In this document: piece by piece, positions 48,323 to 58,149 of the stretch
Layout: every line of letters starts with the position of its first letter
How positions within the stretch are numbered: position 1 is the first letter of the stretch
Program-made: the position numbers and the translations under genes
Assembly: GCA_026996895.1 (NCBI GenBank)
Contig: JALWJX010000037.1
Span: forward strand, 1 to 61,113
Direction: 5' to 3'
Length of the DNA: 61,113 nucleotides
From: Candidatus Kapaibacterium sp.
Lineage (GTDB): Bacteria; Bacteroidota; Ignavibacteria; Kapaibacteriales; WFXC01
The notes under the pieces: generated by a model
What the model saw: the letters and a program-made list of their open reading frames with translations, nothing else
Told to the model about the DNA's origin: nothing
The model's database searches: none

Positions 48323-48409
48323 TGTTGCTTTCCTTTCTTGCTACACTTCCCTTGCTGATGCTGCTCTCGCGCTGCTCTCATACCGGACAGCCAGTGCTGA
48401 GCTCCACGC

Positions 48410-49639
48410 TCAAAATGGATGGGCGCCGTGAGCACCGATAGCAAAAATTGCTTCCAGCAAAACCTGCCACACTGGCTGCCGCCGCTGTTCCCAGAATCCA
48501 GACCGATCCCATTCTCCCTGGAGGCGGAAACGTGAATACTCCGAAGGATCGTATTCAAGCATTAGCCGGTACGAACTCAAATCTGACGGCAGTGGCAGCG
48601 ACTGCGACGCCAGCTCCACTGTGTTTTGCAATAGGACGTTATACTGAATCCCCGCTGCCCATCGTCGATGAAAGCGCCACACCAATTGTGCATACAATCC
48701 TCCCTGAGACCGGGAAAACGGCTGTTGAACGCTCAGTGTATCCTGCGCTGTGTATCGCGTGCCCCGTTGCATCCGCACCAGATATTCGCTCTGGAGCGCA
48801 ACCCATCGGTAGGAATCCAGAAAGTATTTTGCTGTGAGCTCTATCCCCCACAAATTTGTTACCCCGCTTATTCCCACAGGTATTACCTCGTCCGGAGCAA
48901 CAGCACGAGTGGAACCACGGGCATAGGAAACGCCCGTCAGCAAAGAGAGATCACCAATGTCAACGGAGGTTTTGACCGTCCCTACCCAGAGTCCGGGAGC
49001 AGAAGCGGAGCGAACCTCAGACGTTCCTATCTGAAAACCTTCATTGCCAAAACTAAAAGGATTGGTCCCCTCCAGAAGTTCCAGCACAAAGAGCAGGTAG
49101 AAATCTGTTGGAGCAACCCAATCCAGATGAATGCCAGTTTCGCTCAGCCCTTCTTCTCCCAAAAACAACTGGTATGGTAAGGGAGGGCGAGAAAACTCCT
49201 GCACGTGCAAATGTTGCGCGTTGAGCCGACCGAAAGCGCTACGAAATCGACCAATTTTCAACTGAAACCCTCCGGGAAGCCCCCGAGTTTTGACATAGGC
49301 TTCTTCCAGTGCTGCTCCTTCTGGATGGAAGGAGATGGTCGCAGAAAGATCGAAATACGGATCGACTGCTGCGTACAAATTAAGCTCTCCGTAATTAAAA
49401 TTGAAACCAGCATCGCGATGCAACTCTCCCTGGACTTCTCCCGGCAAGAAACATTGACAAAAAAAGCCCGGAACTTCCAACTGGTGATACCGCTCGTCCG
49501 ACACGTCTCTCCACACGTATGAACTACTGGCAATGAAAGAAATATCCGGAACAAATGCAGCATTAGAAAAAGGATTCATCGATCCTGACTGACCGTAGAG
49601 CGGCAAGAATCCCAGCACAACCCAGAGTAGCACCCACAT
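48410..49639 (-). CDS. Outer-membrane beta-barrel protein heading the metal-uptake operon
   Basis: ATG 49639 gives MWVLLWVVLGFLPLYGQ, a signal peptide. Alternating beta-strand pattern with a C-terminal ...AHGAHPF. Confidence 0.6.
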   Translation of the reverse strand: MWVLLWVVLGFLPLYGQSGSMNPFSNAAFVPDISFIASSSYVWRDVSDERYHQLEVPGFFCQCFLPGEVQGELHRDAGFNFNYGELNLYAAVDPYFDLSATISFHPEGAALEEAYVKTRGLPGGFQLKIGRFRSAFGRLNAQHLHVQEFSRPPLPYQLFLGEEGLSETGIHLDWVAPTDFYLLFVLELLEGTNPFSFGNEGFQIGTSEVRSASAPGLWVGTVKTSVDIGDLSLLTGVSYARGSTRAVAPDEVIPVGISGVTNLWGIELTAKYFLDSYRWVALQSEYLVRMQRGTRYTAQDTLSVQQPFSRSQGGLYAQLVWRFHRRWAAGIQYNVLLQNTVELASQSLPLPSDLSSYRLMLEYDPSEYSRFRLQGEWDRSGFWEQRRQPVWQVLLEAIFAIGAHGAHPF

Positions 49640-49725
49640 CTCACCCCTTGCTTGAACTTTGCAGAATGCTGTCAAAAGAACATTCCTGAACGAAGATCAC
49701 CGGTGAACAGTGCACCGGTAGCACC

Positions 49726-51681
49726 CTATTGGACATCAACGATCCACGGTTGTGCTGTCAAAACATACTCTCCTGAGGAGGCACACTGGAACAGATGCCA
49801 CAAATGCAGCATTGAGGTACGAAGCGCAGGGGGTGCGAATGTCAGCCATTGGGAGAGCATCGCTGGTTCAGCACGGGCGGAAACACCCGCCAGCCAGTCC
49901 TGGAAGAACAGCTCTAAGAGGCGCTCCAGCGGGTCCTTATGCCGGGGATAAAAGCGGAGGCGCACCTGCTCACTATCAGGGATACCCAGGCGGGCTTTCA
50001 TCAAACGAACGGCTGTATCAAAATCGCCGACAACGTCCGCCAAGCCTAAGGTCACAGCCGTATCACCAGTCCATACTCTGCCCTTTGCTAACGCCCGCAC
50101 AGTATCCAGCGACAGCCGGCGCCCGCTGGCAACACGCTGAAGAAAGGTCTGATAGCTCTCGGTTGCCAGCCGACGTAATATGCGCTTCTCCCGATCTTCC
50201 AGTGGAAGAAAGGTAAGCAGATCCACGGCCGTGGGAGATGTTGCAATGGAATCCACGGTAATGCCCAGCTTCTGAAACATCTGCGCTAAGGAAGGATAAA
50301 TGATGATCACGCCGATCGAACCAGTCAACGTTAGAGGATGCGCGATAATCGTATCGCAACCGCTGGCAATGTAGTATCCACCGGATGCAGCCAGATCGCT
50401 CAGCACTGCATAAATCGGCTTGCGGGCTCGCACTTTCTGAATCGCGCTCCAGATCCCATCGGACGCGGAAGCAGAGCCACCCGGACTATCGATGCGCAAG
50501 AGCACACCGGCGATGGTTGTATCCCTCGCAACTCGCTCCAGATACTCCACATAATCTCGCTCCGCAATGACCGAAGGTTCTCGTAATTCCTTCTGACTTT
50601 TGGGAACAATACTCCCGGATGCAACGATGACAGCAATGGTCTTGCGCGTCGACTCCATCCGCTCTTTTGCTTTCAGAAAAGAGGTGCTGGAAAGGTATTT
50701 CATAACGGAAATTTTTCGGAGCTTGTTCCGAACTTCAATTTTGCTGCCATTGACCGAAACACCAACTTCGACCTTTACCACTCCTTCTTCTTCAAGGGTA
50801 TCACCAATGACCCGCTTTCGCAAAAAGTCCACGAACTGGCTGTACGTCATCAGGCTATCGACCAGCCCATAGCGCCGAAATTCGGTGGGCGAATAAACCC
50901 CCGAATGGAGCAAAGCACGAATTGTATCCGGTGGCAAATGGCGGTATCGACTCACCGTTGCCACAAAACGATCCTCAATGGTTTGCAAAACAGCAGCGTA
51001 TTCCTCGCGCGCTGCTGGGCTAAAATTGGTTCGTGAAAAACTTTCGCCCGCAGACTTGTATTCCTCCAGCGCTTCGACGTGAAACTGAACGCCCAGCTTC
51101 GACAACGCCTTTTTGAAAAACAGCGACACGATCGCAAATCCGTTCCACTCCAGGATACCGTGAGCGGGCATAAAAATGGAATCTGCAACGGAAGCCAGGT
51201 AGTAATCTCGTTCGTTGCCGAATTCCAGAAAAGCATAGACTGGCTTCCCGGCGGTGCGAAAAGAATCCAGCGCAGTGATGATCTCAGAAGTTTTGACCCA
51301 CCCGGCTCGCAATTGTGACGCTTCGAAGGCAATGGCAGCGATATTCGGATCCTCTCTGGCAACTCGAATTGCCTGCAGAATTTCAAAATGCGTTGGTGCA
51401 ACCGGCTCGGTGAAAATCGACAGGGGAGACTCTGGTGCACGCTCCCGCACGATTCCCCGGGCATCCAGCCACAGGATCGTATTAGACCGGATCACAACCG
51501 GCGATTTTTCAAAAGCAGAAATCGTCAGCGCAATTCCACCAACAAGCACAATGAGAATGACGGCGATAATAATGCCAATGATCAAAATCGGAATCCACCA
51601 CCGCGAGGAACGCCGCTGCTGCATATACGCAGGCGGTGGTGGCGGCTGATATCCCTGCTGCTCCATCGGGTTTCCCTTCAC
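49726..51681 (-). CDS. sppA: Signal peptide peptidase SppA, 67K type (two S49 domains)
   Basis: 651 aa. N-terminal TM (WWIPILIIGIIIAVILIVLVGG). Two ClpP/S49 repeats (GGYYLASVADSIFMP; ASGGYYIASGCDTIIAHPLTLTGSIGV). Confidence 0.9.
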   Translation of the reverse strand: MKGNPMEQQGYQPPPPPAYMQQRRSSRWWIPILIIGIIIAVILIVLVGGIALTISAFEKSPVVIRSNTILWLDARGIVRERAPESPLSIFTEPVAPTHFEILQAIRVAREDPNIAAIAFEASQLRAGWVKTSEIITALDSFRTAGKPVYAFLEFGNERDYYLASVADSIFMPAHGILEWNGFAIVSLFFKKALSKLGVQFHVEALEEYKSAGESFSRTNFSPAAREEYAAVLQTIEDRFVATVSRYRHLPPDTIRALLHSGVYSPTEFRRYGLVDSLMTYSQFVDFLRKRVIGDTLEEEGVVKVEVGVSVNGSKIEVRNKLRKISVMKYLSSTSFLKAKERMESTRKTIAVIVASGSIVPKSQKELREPSVIAERDYVEYLERVARDTTIAGVLLRIDSPGGSASASDGIWSAIQKVRARKPIYAVLSDLAASGGYYIASGCDTIIAHPLTLTGSIGVIIIYPSLAQMFQKLGITVDSIATSPTAVDLLTFLPLEDREKRILRRLATESYQTFLQRVASGRRLSLDTVRALAKGRVWTGDTAVTLGLADVVGDFDTAVRLMKARLGIPDSEQVRLRFYPRHKDPLERLLELFFQDWLAGVSARAEPAMLSQWLTFAPPALRTSMLHLWHLFQCASSGEYVLTAQPWIVDVQ

Positions 51682-51751
51682 TATTGCACTCTGCGCTCGC
51701 AGTTAAACGCTCAAACGGACGAAAAGTTGCGCCCCAGCAATGTTCCCAGCG

Positions 51752-52387
51752 TCAGGATTCCAGTAGAAAACCTTCCAGTTCTTCCATCCCCGCCCCTTCT
51801 CGAACAATGGTGAAGGGTTCAGCGGTCAGATCCAGCACGGTGGAAGGTTCGCCCAATGAAAAGTTGGGAACTTTGAGAATAACATCCGCAACGGCTTGTA
51901 ACTCCCGAATCAAATCCTCAAAAGAATCAAAAACCACATCCTGAGCAAAAGCGGAAATCGACAGCAGCGGCTCCCCCAATTCTCGCAGCAAAGCCAGCGT
52001 TACTGGCTCATCAGGGATGCGGATTCCCACCGTGTGCCGCCGCGGATGCATCGCCTGCTTTGGTACCGCTTTCGTCGCTGGCAAAATAAAGGTATACGAT
52101 CCGGGGATTAGCTGGCGGATGAGCTTAAACGCCGCATTCGATACGTGGGCATACTCAGCGATCGGTGTCAAAGACTCGATCAGGAATGTCATATACTTTT
52201 CCTCGCTCATTTTTCGGTACTTCCGAATGCGTTCAATGCCCGCTTTGTTTTGTAAGCGGGTAGCCAGAGCGTAAACCGTATCGGTCGGAATGGCAACAAT
52301 GCCGCCTGCCTGAAGAGCTTCAACAGCGCGACGTAATTTCGTGGGTTGTGGCGTCTGCGGATTCATCTCTAAAATCACAGCTTTCAT
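51752..52387 (-). CDS. tsaC: L-threonylcarbamoyladenylate synthase (YrdC/Sua5 family)
   Basis: ATG 52387 gives MKAVILEM.... Contains GGIVAIPTDTVYALA, the YrdC signature. The track ORF extends to 52459. Confidence 0.85.
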   Translation of the reverse strand: MKAVILEMNPQTPQPTKLRRAVEALQAGGIVAIPTDTVYALATRLQNKAGIERIRKYRKMSEEKYMTFLIESLTPIAEYAHVSNAAFKLIRQLIPGSYTFILPATKAVPKQAMHPRRHTVGIRIPDEPVTLALLRELGEPLLSISAFAQDVVFDSFEDLIRELQAVADVILKVPNFSLGEPSTVLDLTAEPFTIVREGAGMEELEGFLLES

Positions 52388-52428
52388 CGGGGTGTTCCTC
52401 TGATTTTTTCGACAAATCTGCGGTAATT

Positions 52429-52436
52429 CAAATGTA
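52429..52436 (-). promoter_or_regulatory. FCB-type -7 box (TACATTTG on the minus strand) upstream of tsaC
   Basis: The plus strand reads caaatgta, 42 nt upstream of ATG 52387. Confidence 0.35.
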
Positions 52437-52749
52437 GCAAATTTTGGCTGAATTTCCAAATGCGTACCTTCTTTGTCGAATTTGCTGACAACCGCTATCG
52501 GCTGCTCTGAACTCTCTTCTCACCCTGCGCTGCTTATCGGACAAGTACAACGCCCACCTAACATTTGTGAACAAGTTTCGCCTGCGCGCCGTATTCAACC
52601 TCCCCGAGGAAGCATCTCTTTCGCCAAACCACCAGTTTCAGGAATCCATAGTAGAATTTTTTCGGCAATACCAGCAATCTTAAAAAACCGATACGGTCTC
52701 CACAGAATGTCCCCTGCCAGGGTGGTAAGGAAGACCCCTCTACGAAAAC

Positions 52750-54726
52750 CTATGTTTCTGCCGATTTCACTTCGTGCGCCTGTCCATCGACTGAAAGCGC
52801 CGGGACGTCCGGCATCCGAAGTTGCTGCAAATACGTGTAACTATGAAGTCCGGATCGGTAGATCGCCAGAAACTCCCGACCCTGTGCTTCAGAAATCTTC
52901 CCTGCCTGGATCGATTGGTGCACCCAGCGTTCCACCTTGCGCGCCAGCGCTTTGGGATTAAACTCCACGTACTCCAGCACGTCCGCGACGGTTTCTCCAT
53001 CCAGAATCTGCTCCACAACGGGCTGACCATCCTGAATCATAATGTGCACAATGTTCGTATCGCCAAACAAATTGTGCAAATCACCCAGAATTTCCTGGTA
53101 GGCACCGACTAAAAAAATACCCAAAAAGTACGGTTCTCCCCGCCGCAGCGGATGGAGCCGGATGTACGGTGTGTGGCGGAACCCCTGGATAAATTGATCC
53201 AATCGCCCATCGGAATCACAGGTAATATCCTCCAGCATTGCTGCTACAGTGGGCGGCTCATTCAATCGGTGGATTGGCACCACCGGAAAAAGATGGTCGA
53301 TCGCCCACGCATCAGGCAACGACTGGAAAATGGAAAAATTGCAAAAATATTTTGCCGTCAACTCTTCCCGCAACTCATCAAATTCTTCCTGCCAGTGCGG
53401 CAAGGGATGTTGTTGGGACAGCAGATCCACCTTTCGGGCAATGCTCCAGAACAGGCTTTCGGCTAAAGCCCGCGTTCGCAGATCGAGCATCCCCAATGTA
53501 AACAGGCTGAGCATCTCCCGCTTCAACTGCAATGCATCGTGCCACGATTCCCGAATATTCCGTGGCTCCAAGTGGATGTATGTATCGTAAAGCGAATGGA
53601 GCAGCGGATGATCTTCCTGACGCAACGTCATCGATTCCTCCCACACCGGGAAGGTCGTGGACTCCATCACATTCACCACCAGCACTGAGTGGTGAGCCGT
53701 CATCGCCCGCCCGGATTCGGTGACCACATTCGGATGAGGAAGCTGGTGTTTTTCACACAGTTCGTGGAGCGTGTAAATGATGTCATCCGCATATTCCTGC
53801 AACGTATAGTTCACACTACTGGGATGAGAGGAATGCGTGCCATCGTAATCGACCCCCAACCCGCCGCCAACATTCACATACTCGATATTGCAGCCATACT
53901 GCCGCAACTGAACATAGAAGGAAGCCATCTCACGAAGTGCCGCTTTGATCGTGTGGATGTTGGTAATCTGGCTACCCAGGTGAAAATGGATCATCCGGAT
54001 ATGTTCCAGCCAGCCGTGCTGCTGAGCGAACTGTAACGCCTGCAAAAGCTCCGTCGCATTTAAGCCGAACTTGCTCTTATCCCCACCGGAGTGCGCCCAT
54101 CGACCGCTTCCAGCAGTGCTGAGTTTAATACGAATCCCCAGTTGCGGCTTGACCTGATGGTGCTGCGCAATGTCCCGAATCAACTGGAGTTCGTTCAACT
54201 TCTCGATCACAATAAACACCTGACGCTCCATCTTGCGCGCCAGCAACGCCAGCTCGATAAAATCGTGATCTTTGTATCCATTGCAAACCACCAGGGCATT
54301 GGGATCATCCAGAATGGCTAAAACCGCGTGCAACTCCGGCTTCGATCCAGCTTCCAGTCCAATTTTGCGCTTCGATCCATACCGCAACACTTCCTCCACC
54401 ACTTCCCGTTGCTGATTCACCTTGATGGGATAAACAGCAAAAAATTCTCCCTGATATCCTGTCTCCGCCGACGCCTGTTCAAACGCTCGCCCCAGTTGCT
54501 CAATACGATCACCGATGATATCCGAAAAGCGGAGCAATACCGGCGGATGTACATCCTGTTCCAGAAGCTGATGCACTAATGCCAGCAAATCAATTTCCAC
54601 CGTAGCATCCCGCCGTGGCCGCACAACGACATTGCCCCGATCATTCACGCTAAAATACCCCTGCCCCCATCCTTCAATGTTGTACAGCTCAATGGCTTTC
54701 TGGATGGACCACTGTTGTTGTTCCAT
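52750..54726 (-). CDS. speA: Biosynthetic arginine decarboxylase
   Basis: 658 aa. N-terminus is YNIEGWGQGYFSVNDRGNVVV. Contains FAVYPIKVNQQREVVEE (PLP-Lys region) and HFHLGSQI. Confidence 0.95.
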   Translation of the reverse strand: MEQQQWSIQKAIELYNIEGWGQGYFSVNDRGNVVVRPRRDATVEIDLLALVHQLLEQDVHPPVLLRFSDIIGDRIEQLGRAFEQASAETGYQGEFFAVYPIKVNQQREVVEEVLRYGSKRKIGLEAGSKPELHAVLAILDDPNALVVCNGYKDHDFIELALLARKMERQVFIVIEKLNELQLIRDIAQHHQVKPQLGIRIKLSTAGSGRWAHSGGDKSKFGLNATELLQALQFAQQHGWLEHIRMIHFHLGSQITNIHTIKAALREMASFYVQLRQYGCNIEYVNVGGGLGVDYDGTHSSHPSSVNYTLQEYADDIIYTLHELCEKHQLPHPNVVTESGRAMTAHHSVLVVNVMESTTFPVWEESMTLRQEDHPLLHSLYDTYIHLEPRNIRESWHDALQLKREMLSLFTLGMLDLRTRALAESLFWSIARKVDLLSQQHPLPHWQEEFDELREELTAKYFCNFSIFQSLPDAWAIDHLFPVVPIHRLNEPPTVAAMLEDITCDSDGRLDQFIQGFRHTPYIRLHPLRRGEPYFLGIFLVGAYQEILGDLHNLFGDTNIVHIMIQDGQPVVEQILDGETVADVLEYVEFNPKALARKVERWVHQSIQAGKISEAQGREFLAIYRSGLHSYTYLQQLRMPDVPALSVDGQAHEVKSAET

Positions 54727-54728
54727 TC

Positions 54729-56147
54729 CTACGGTGCGGACTTTTCTTTGGGAGACTCAATATTCGGACCAATCATTTTTTCGGGACGGACGATTCGGTC
54801 AAATTCTTCTGCGGTCAAAATTCCCAGCTCAATCGCCGCCTGTTTCAACGACAAATTCTTTTCATACGCATACTTTGCGATCTTCGCAGCATTATCGTAG
54901 CCAATGTACGGGTTCAACGCTGTCACCAGCATCAGGCTATTTTCCACATAAAACTTCAGCCGCTCCACGTTTGGACGAATACCGACAGCACAGTACTTAT
55001 TGAACGACTGGCAGGCATCGGCGAGAATCCACACGCTTTGCAGGAAATTGTAAATGATCACCGGCTTGAACACATTGAGCTCAAAGTTTCCGGAACTCCC
55101 GGCAAAGTTGATCGTTGCATCATTGCCAAAAACCTGTGCACACACCATCGTCATTGCTTCCGACTGCGTTGGATTGACTTTACCCGGCATAATAGAGGAC
55201 CCCGGTTCGTTAGCAGGAATAAAGATCTCCGCCAACCCGCACCGCGGACCGGAAGCCATCCATCGAATATCATTGGCAATTTTCATCAACGACGCTGCTA
55301 AGGTCTTCAAAGCGCCGTGGGCAAAGACCAGGGCGTCGTGGGCAGCTAAGGCTTCAAATTTGTTGGGGGCACTGCGAAAAGAATACCCGGTCAATTCAGC
55401 AATTTTCGCTGCAACGCGCTCTGCCCATTCCGGATGCGTATTCAGACCGGTTCCAACCGCTGTCCCGCCAATCGCCAGATCATAAAGCCGCTTCAATCCC
55501 TGATCAATGCGTTCCAGCGCCAGAGTAAGCTGCTGCACATATCCAGAGAATTCCTGACCTAAGGTCAACGGCGTGGCATCCATCAAGTGTGTTCTACCAA
55601 TTTTGATGATGTCCTTGAATTCCTCCGACTTCTGCGCCAGCGTATCTCGCAATGCTGTCACTGCCGGCAGTAATTTCTCGTGTATCTGCTGCACGGCTGC
55701 AATGTGCATTGCTGTTGGGAAAACATCATTAGAACTCTGCGACTTGTTCACATCATCGTTCGGATGGATCGGATTCTTACTCCCCAGTTGTCCCCCTGCA
55801 ATCTCAATCGCACGATTCGCAATGACCTCATTCACATTCATATTGGTCTGTGTTCCAGATCCCGTCTGCCAGACGTACAGCGGGAAATGCTCATCCAGCT
55901 TACCAGCCAGGATTTCATCTGCTACCTGCACAATCAAATCCCGTTTGAATTCCGGCAGCAGACCCAGATCAGCATTCACGATCGCTGCCGCCTTTTTCAC
56001 AATGGCTAAAGCATACACCACTTCCAGCGGCATCTGTTCCTTACCGATCGAAAAATGCTGAAGGGATCGGGCAGTCTGCGCTCCATAATACCGATCAGCC
56101 GGCACTTCCACTGCACCCAGAGAATCGTACTCCACACGCACGTTCAT
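54729..56147 (-). CDS. fumC: Class II fumarate hydratase
   Basis: ATG 56147 (AAAGGAG upstream) gives [25 protein letters not shown]. The signature [17 protein letters not shown] fits fumarase rather than aspartase. Confidence 0.92.
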   Translation of the reverse strand: MNVRVEYDSLGAVEVPADRYYGAQTARSLQHFSIGKEQMPLEVVYALAIVKKAAAIVNADLGLLPEFKRDLIVQVADEILAGKLDEHFPLYVWQTGSGTQTNMNVNEVIANRAIEIAGGQLGSKNPIHPNDDVNKSQSSNDVFPTAMHIAAVQQIHEKLLPAVTALRDTLAQKSEEFKDIIKIGRTHLMDATPLTLGQEFSGYVQQLTLALERIDQGLKRLYDLAIGGTAVGTGLNTHPEWAERVAAKIAELTGYSFRSAPNKFEALAAHDALVFAHGALKTLAASLMKIANDIRWMASGPRCGLAEIFIPANEPGSSIMPGKVNPTQSEAMTMVCAQVFGNDATINFAGSSGNFELNVFKPVIIYNFLQSVWILADACQSFNKYCAVGIRPNVERLKFYVENSLMLVTALNPYIGYDNAAKIAKYAYEKNLSLKQAAIELGILTAEEFDRIVRPEKMIGPNIESPKEKSAP

Positions 56148-56187
56148 CGTTCCAGCTCCTTTCATTTCTAAGGTTCCAACCAAACTA

Positions 56188-56195
56188 CAAAATTA
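56188..56195 (-). promoter_or_regulatory. FCB-type -7 box (TAATTTTG on the minus strand) upstream of fumC
   Basis: The plus strand reads caaaatta, 41 nt upstream of ATG 56147. Confidence 0.4.
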
Positions 56196-56562
56196 AGAAT
56201 CCAGCCGGTGATGGCAACTATGCAATACAATCATTCCTGCTCCTCGCCTATCTACCCACCGCACTATCCATTGCTACGCAAGAGCAGGAATAACGGAGAT
56301 ACCGCTGTCGCTGATACAGGCACCGGGACTGGTAATCGGGCATATCGACAGGAACACTGTGCTCACTGGCAATAGGAGCGCTTTACGATAGAATACAGCA
56401 ATACCTGCGCTCATTCATTGCCGTACCGCTATTCTCCCCCAAATTTCTATCTTTGCGAGGCAGTAGCAACGACTGTCAGTGAGTGGATGGAACTGATACG
56501 GGTCACCTGGAGTGTATCACCCCGCCACCCTTTTTGGACTCCTCGATGGAAACAGGAGGATT

Positions 56563-56587
56563 TTTTTCCTCCTCCTGGTCTCCTCTA
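56563..56587 (-). terminator. Stem-loop (8-bp CAGGAGGA/TCCTCCTG stem, A/U-rich loop) directly after a minus-strand small ORF stop
   Basis: Plus strand reads caggagga-tttttttcc-tcctcctg. On the minus strand it is followed by only TTT, so it is not a canonical intrinsic terminator. Confidence 0.3.
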
Positions 56588-56711
56588 TCACTGGCTATGC
56601 AAAGTGGCGGAACAACCGGTTGATCCTGCCACTCTACGGTACGGAATCATCCATTTGCCCTTCGCTTCTGCAACCGTAGCAAATTTTTTCTGGTATCTAA
56701 CCAATCCGTCG

Positions 56712-57023
56712 TTATTGCCCATACTGCGCCGGTTGGTTGCTACCGTACCAGCCGGATGCCTCCGTCTTTGCCGCTGCCCGGTACGTCTTCCGACTCCGAT
56801 TCTGCACACACTGCTCGATTTCCCCAACATCCATCTTGATGCACCTGTCGTTTCGCTTCCGGTAATTTCCAATCACGCTCACACCACCTTCCGCTCCTTC
56901 TATCTGATCCGCTCTCCCCGATTGATCGATCGCTACTTTCCCGTGGATCCTGAATTTCACTGGGGTATCCCGCTCCACGATTTTACTGCTTCGCCCGCTT
57001 CCTGACTTTCCTGACGGCTCCAT
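56712..57023 (-). CDS. Possible small protein (103 aa), very uncertain
   Basis: This is the only frame in the 0.9-kb gap with purine-rich first codon positions (MEPSGKSGSGRSSKIVERDTPVKFRIHGKVAIDQSGRADQIEG...). No recognisable family. It overlaps a second minus-strand ORF in another frame (56588..56872). Confidence 0.2.
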   Translation of the reverse strand: MEPSGKSGSGRSSKIVERDTPVKFRIHGKVAIDQSGRADQIEGAEGGVSVIGNYRKRNDRCIKMDVGEIEQCVQNRSRKTYRAAAKTEASGWYGSNQPAQYGQ

Positions 57024-57080
57024 CTCTTTGCCCTAAGAACGCACCAGAAATCGAAATGCACTTCTTTGGCGCAAAAATCG

Positions 57081-57088
57081 TAGATTTG
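57081..57088 (+). promoter_or_regulatory. FCB-type -7 box (TAGATTTG) upstream of the nucleotidyltransferase-metK-ahcY cluster
   Basis: Matches TAnnTTTG, 45 nt upstream of GTG 57133. Confidence 0.4.
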
Positions 57089-57132
57089 TAGTTTTCTGTT
57101 CAGCAGCTTCAGTCACAAAAGGAACGCATAAA

Positions 57133-58149
57133 GTGCAGGTATTGATCCCCGCGGCTGGCAAAGGAACGCGATTACGTCCTCACACGTATGTTACGCCAAA
57201 GAGTTTGTTGCCAGTTGCTGGTAAGCCGTTGCTTCACCATATCATTGACCGTATCGCCGATCTTCCCATCTCCCGGTTGATTCTGGTTGTTGGTTACTTG
57301 GGCGACGCCATTCGGGAGGATATGCAAAAAACCTATTCCCATCTGCCGCTGCACTTTGTGGAACAACCAGAGCAGCAGGGACTGGGACATTCGGTGTGGG
57401 TTGCCCGATCCCATTTGCACCCGGACGAACCATTGCTCATCATTCTGGGCGATACGATCGCCGATGTGGAGTGGCAACAATTTGCCACTGCCGACACTTC
57501 CCTCTTAGGCGTCCGATCCGTCGATGATCCGCGCCGCTTTGGCGTGGTCAAACTTCGCGATGATGGCACCATCGAGTACGTAGTCGAAAAACCCGAACAT
57601 CCACCTTCATCCCTGGCAATCGTCGGCATTTATTACATCACCCGACCACAACGGTTGCTGGAAGCGCTCGACACCCTGATCCAGCAAGATACCCGGACAC
57701 GGGGTGAGTATCAATTGACGGATGCGCTGCAACTGATGCTGGAACAGGGAGAAACCATCCGCCCCTTACCCGTGGCTGAATGGTACGACTGCGGCAATCT
57801 GCCGATGTGGTTAGCAACCAACCGGACGTTGCTGGACCGCTTCGCACCGCCACCACCACCGGTTTCCAAAGATGTCCAGATTCGTCCTCCCGTCTGGATC
57901 GATCCATCCGCTACCCTCCAAAATGCTGTCGTCGGTCCATACGCGACCATCGGAGCATCTTCAACAATTGCCGATAGCACCGTACAAAATACGATTGTCG
58001 GGAACAATGTTCGGATCGAACATTCGACTTTAGCTGATTCCGTTATTGGCGACCGCTCGCAGGTCCGCAACGTTCAGGGTTCTGTGAATATCTGCGCTGA
58101 TAGCACTGTTACAAACACTGTTGAACAAAACGATCATAGCAGCCAATGA
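57133..58149 (+). CDS. Sugar-1-phosphate nucleotidyltransferase with a C-terminal left-handed beta-helix
   Basis: N-terminus [32 protein letters not shown] (GxGTRL). Hexapeptide-like repeats at the C-terminus ([45 protein letters not shown]). Confidence 0.82.
   Translation: MQVLIPAAGKGTRLRPHTYVTPKSLLPVAGKPLLHHIIDRIADLPISRLILVVGYLGDAIREDMQKTYSHLPLHFVEQPEQQGLGHSVWVARSHLHPDEPLLIILGDTIADVEWQQFATADTSLLGVRSVDDPRRFGVVKLRDDGTIEYVVEKPEHPPSSLAIVGIYYITRPQRLLEALDTLIQQDTRTRGEYQLTDALQLMLEQGETIRPLPVAEWYDCGNLPMWLATNRTLLDRFAPPPPPVSKDVQIRPPVWIDPSATLQNAVVGPYATIGASSTIADSTVQNTIVGNNVRIEHSTLADSVIGDRSQVRNVQGSVNICADSTVTNTVEQNDHSSQ

Noticed and set aside
56418-57005. 195-aa plus-strand ORF filling most of the fumC-metK gap
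   Set aside because: The plus strand is C/T-rich here, so stop codons are rare by composition alone. First codon positions are pyrimidine-rich, unlike every confident gene in the window. The product (Pro/Leu/Cys/Trp/His-rich, e.g. PYRYSPPNFYLCEA...) does not look like a protein.
56563-57030. Csr/Rsm-like GGA-rich sponge RNA on the minus strand; I counted about 25 GGA triplets in ~470 nt, ending in a hairpin
   Set aside because: The strand is roughly 40% G and 30% A by eye, which predicts about 20+ GGA by chance. The count is therefore explained by composition. CsrA is also not a typical feature of FCB-group bacteria.
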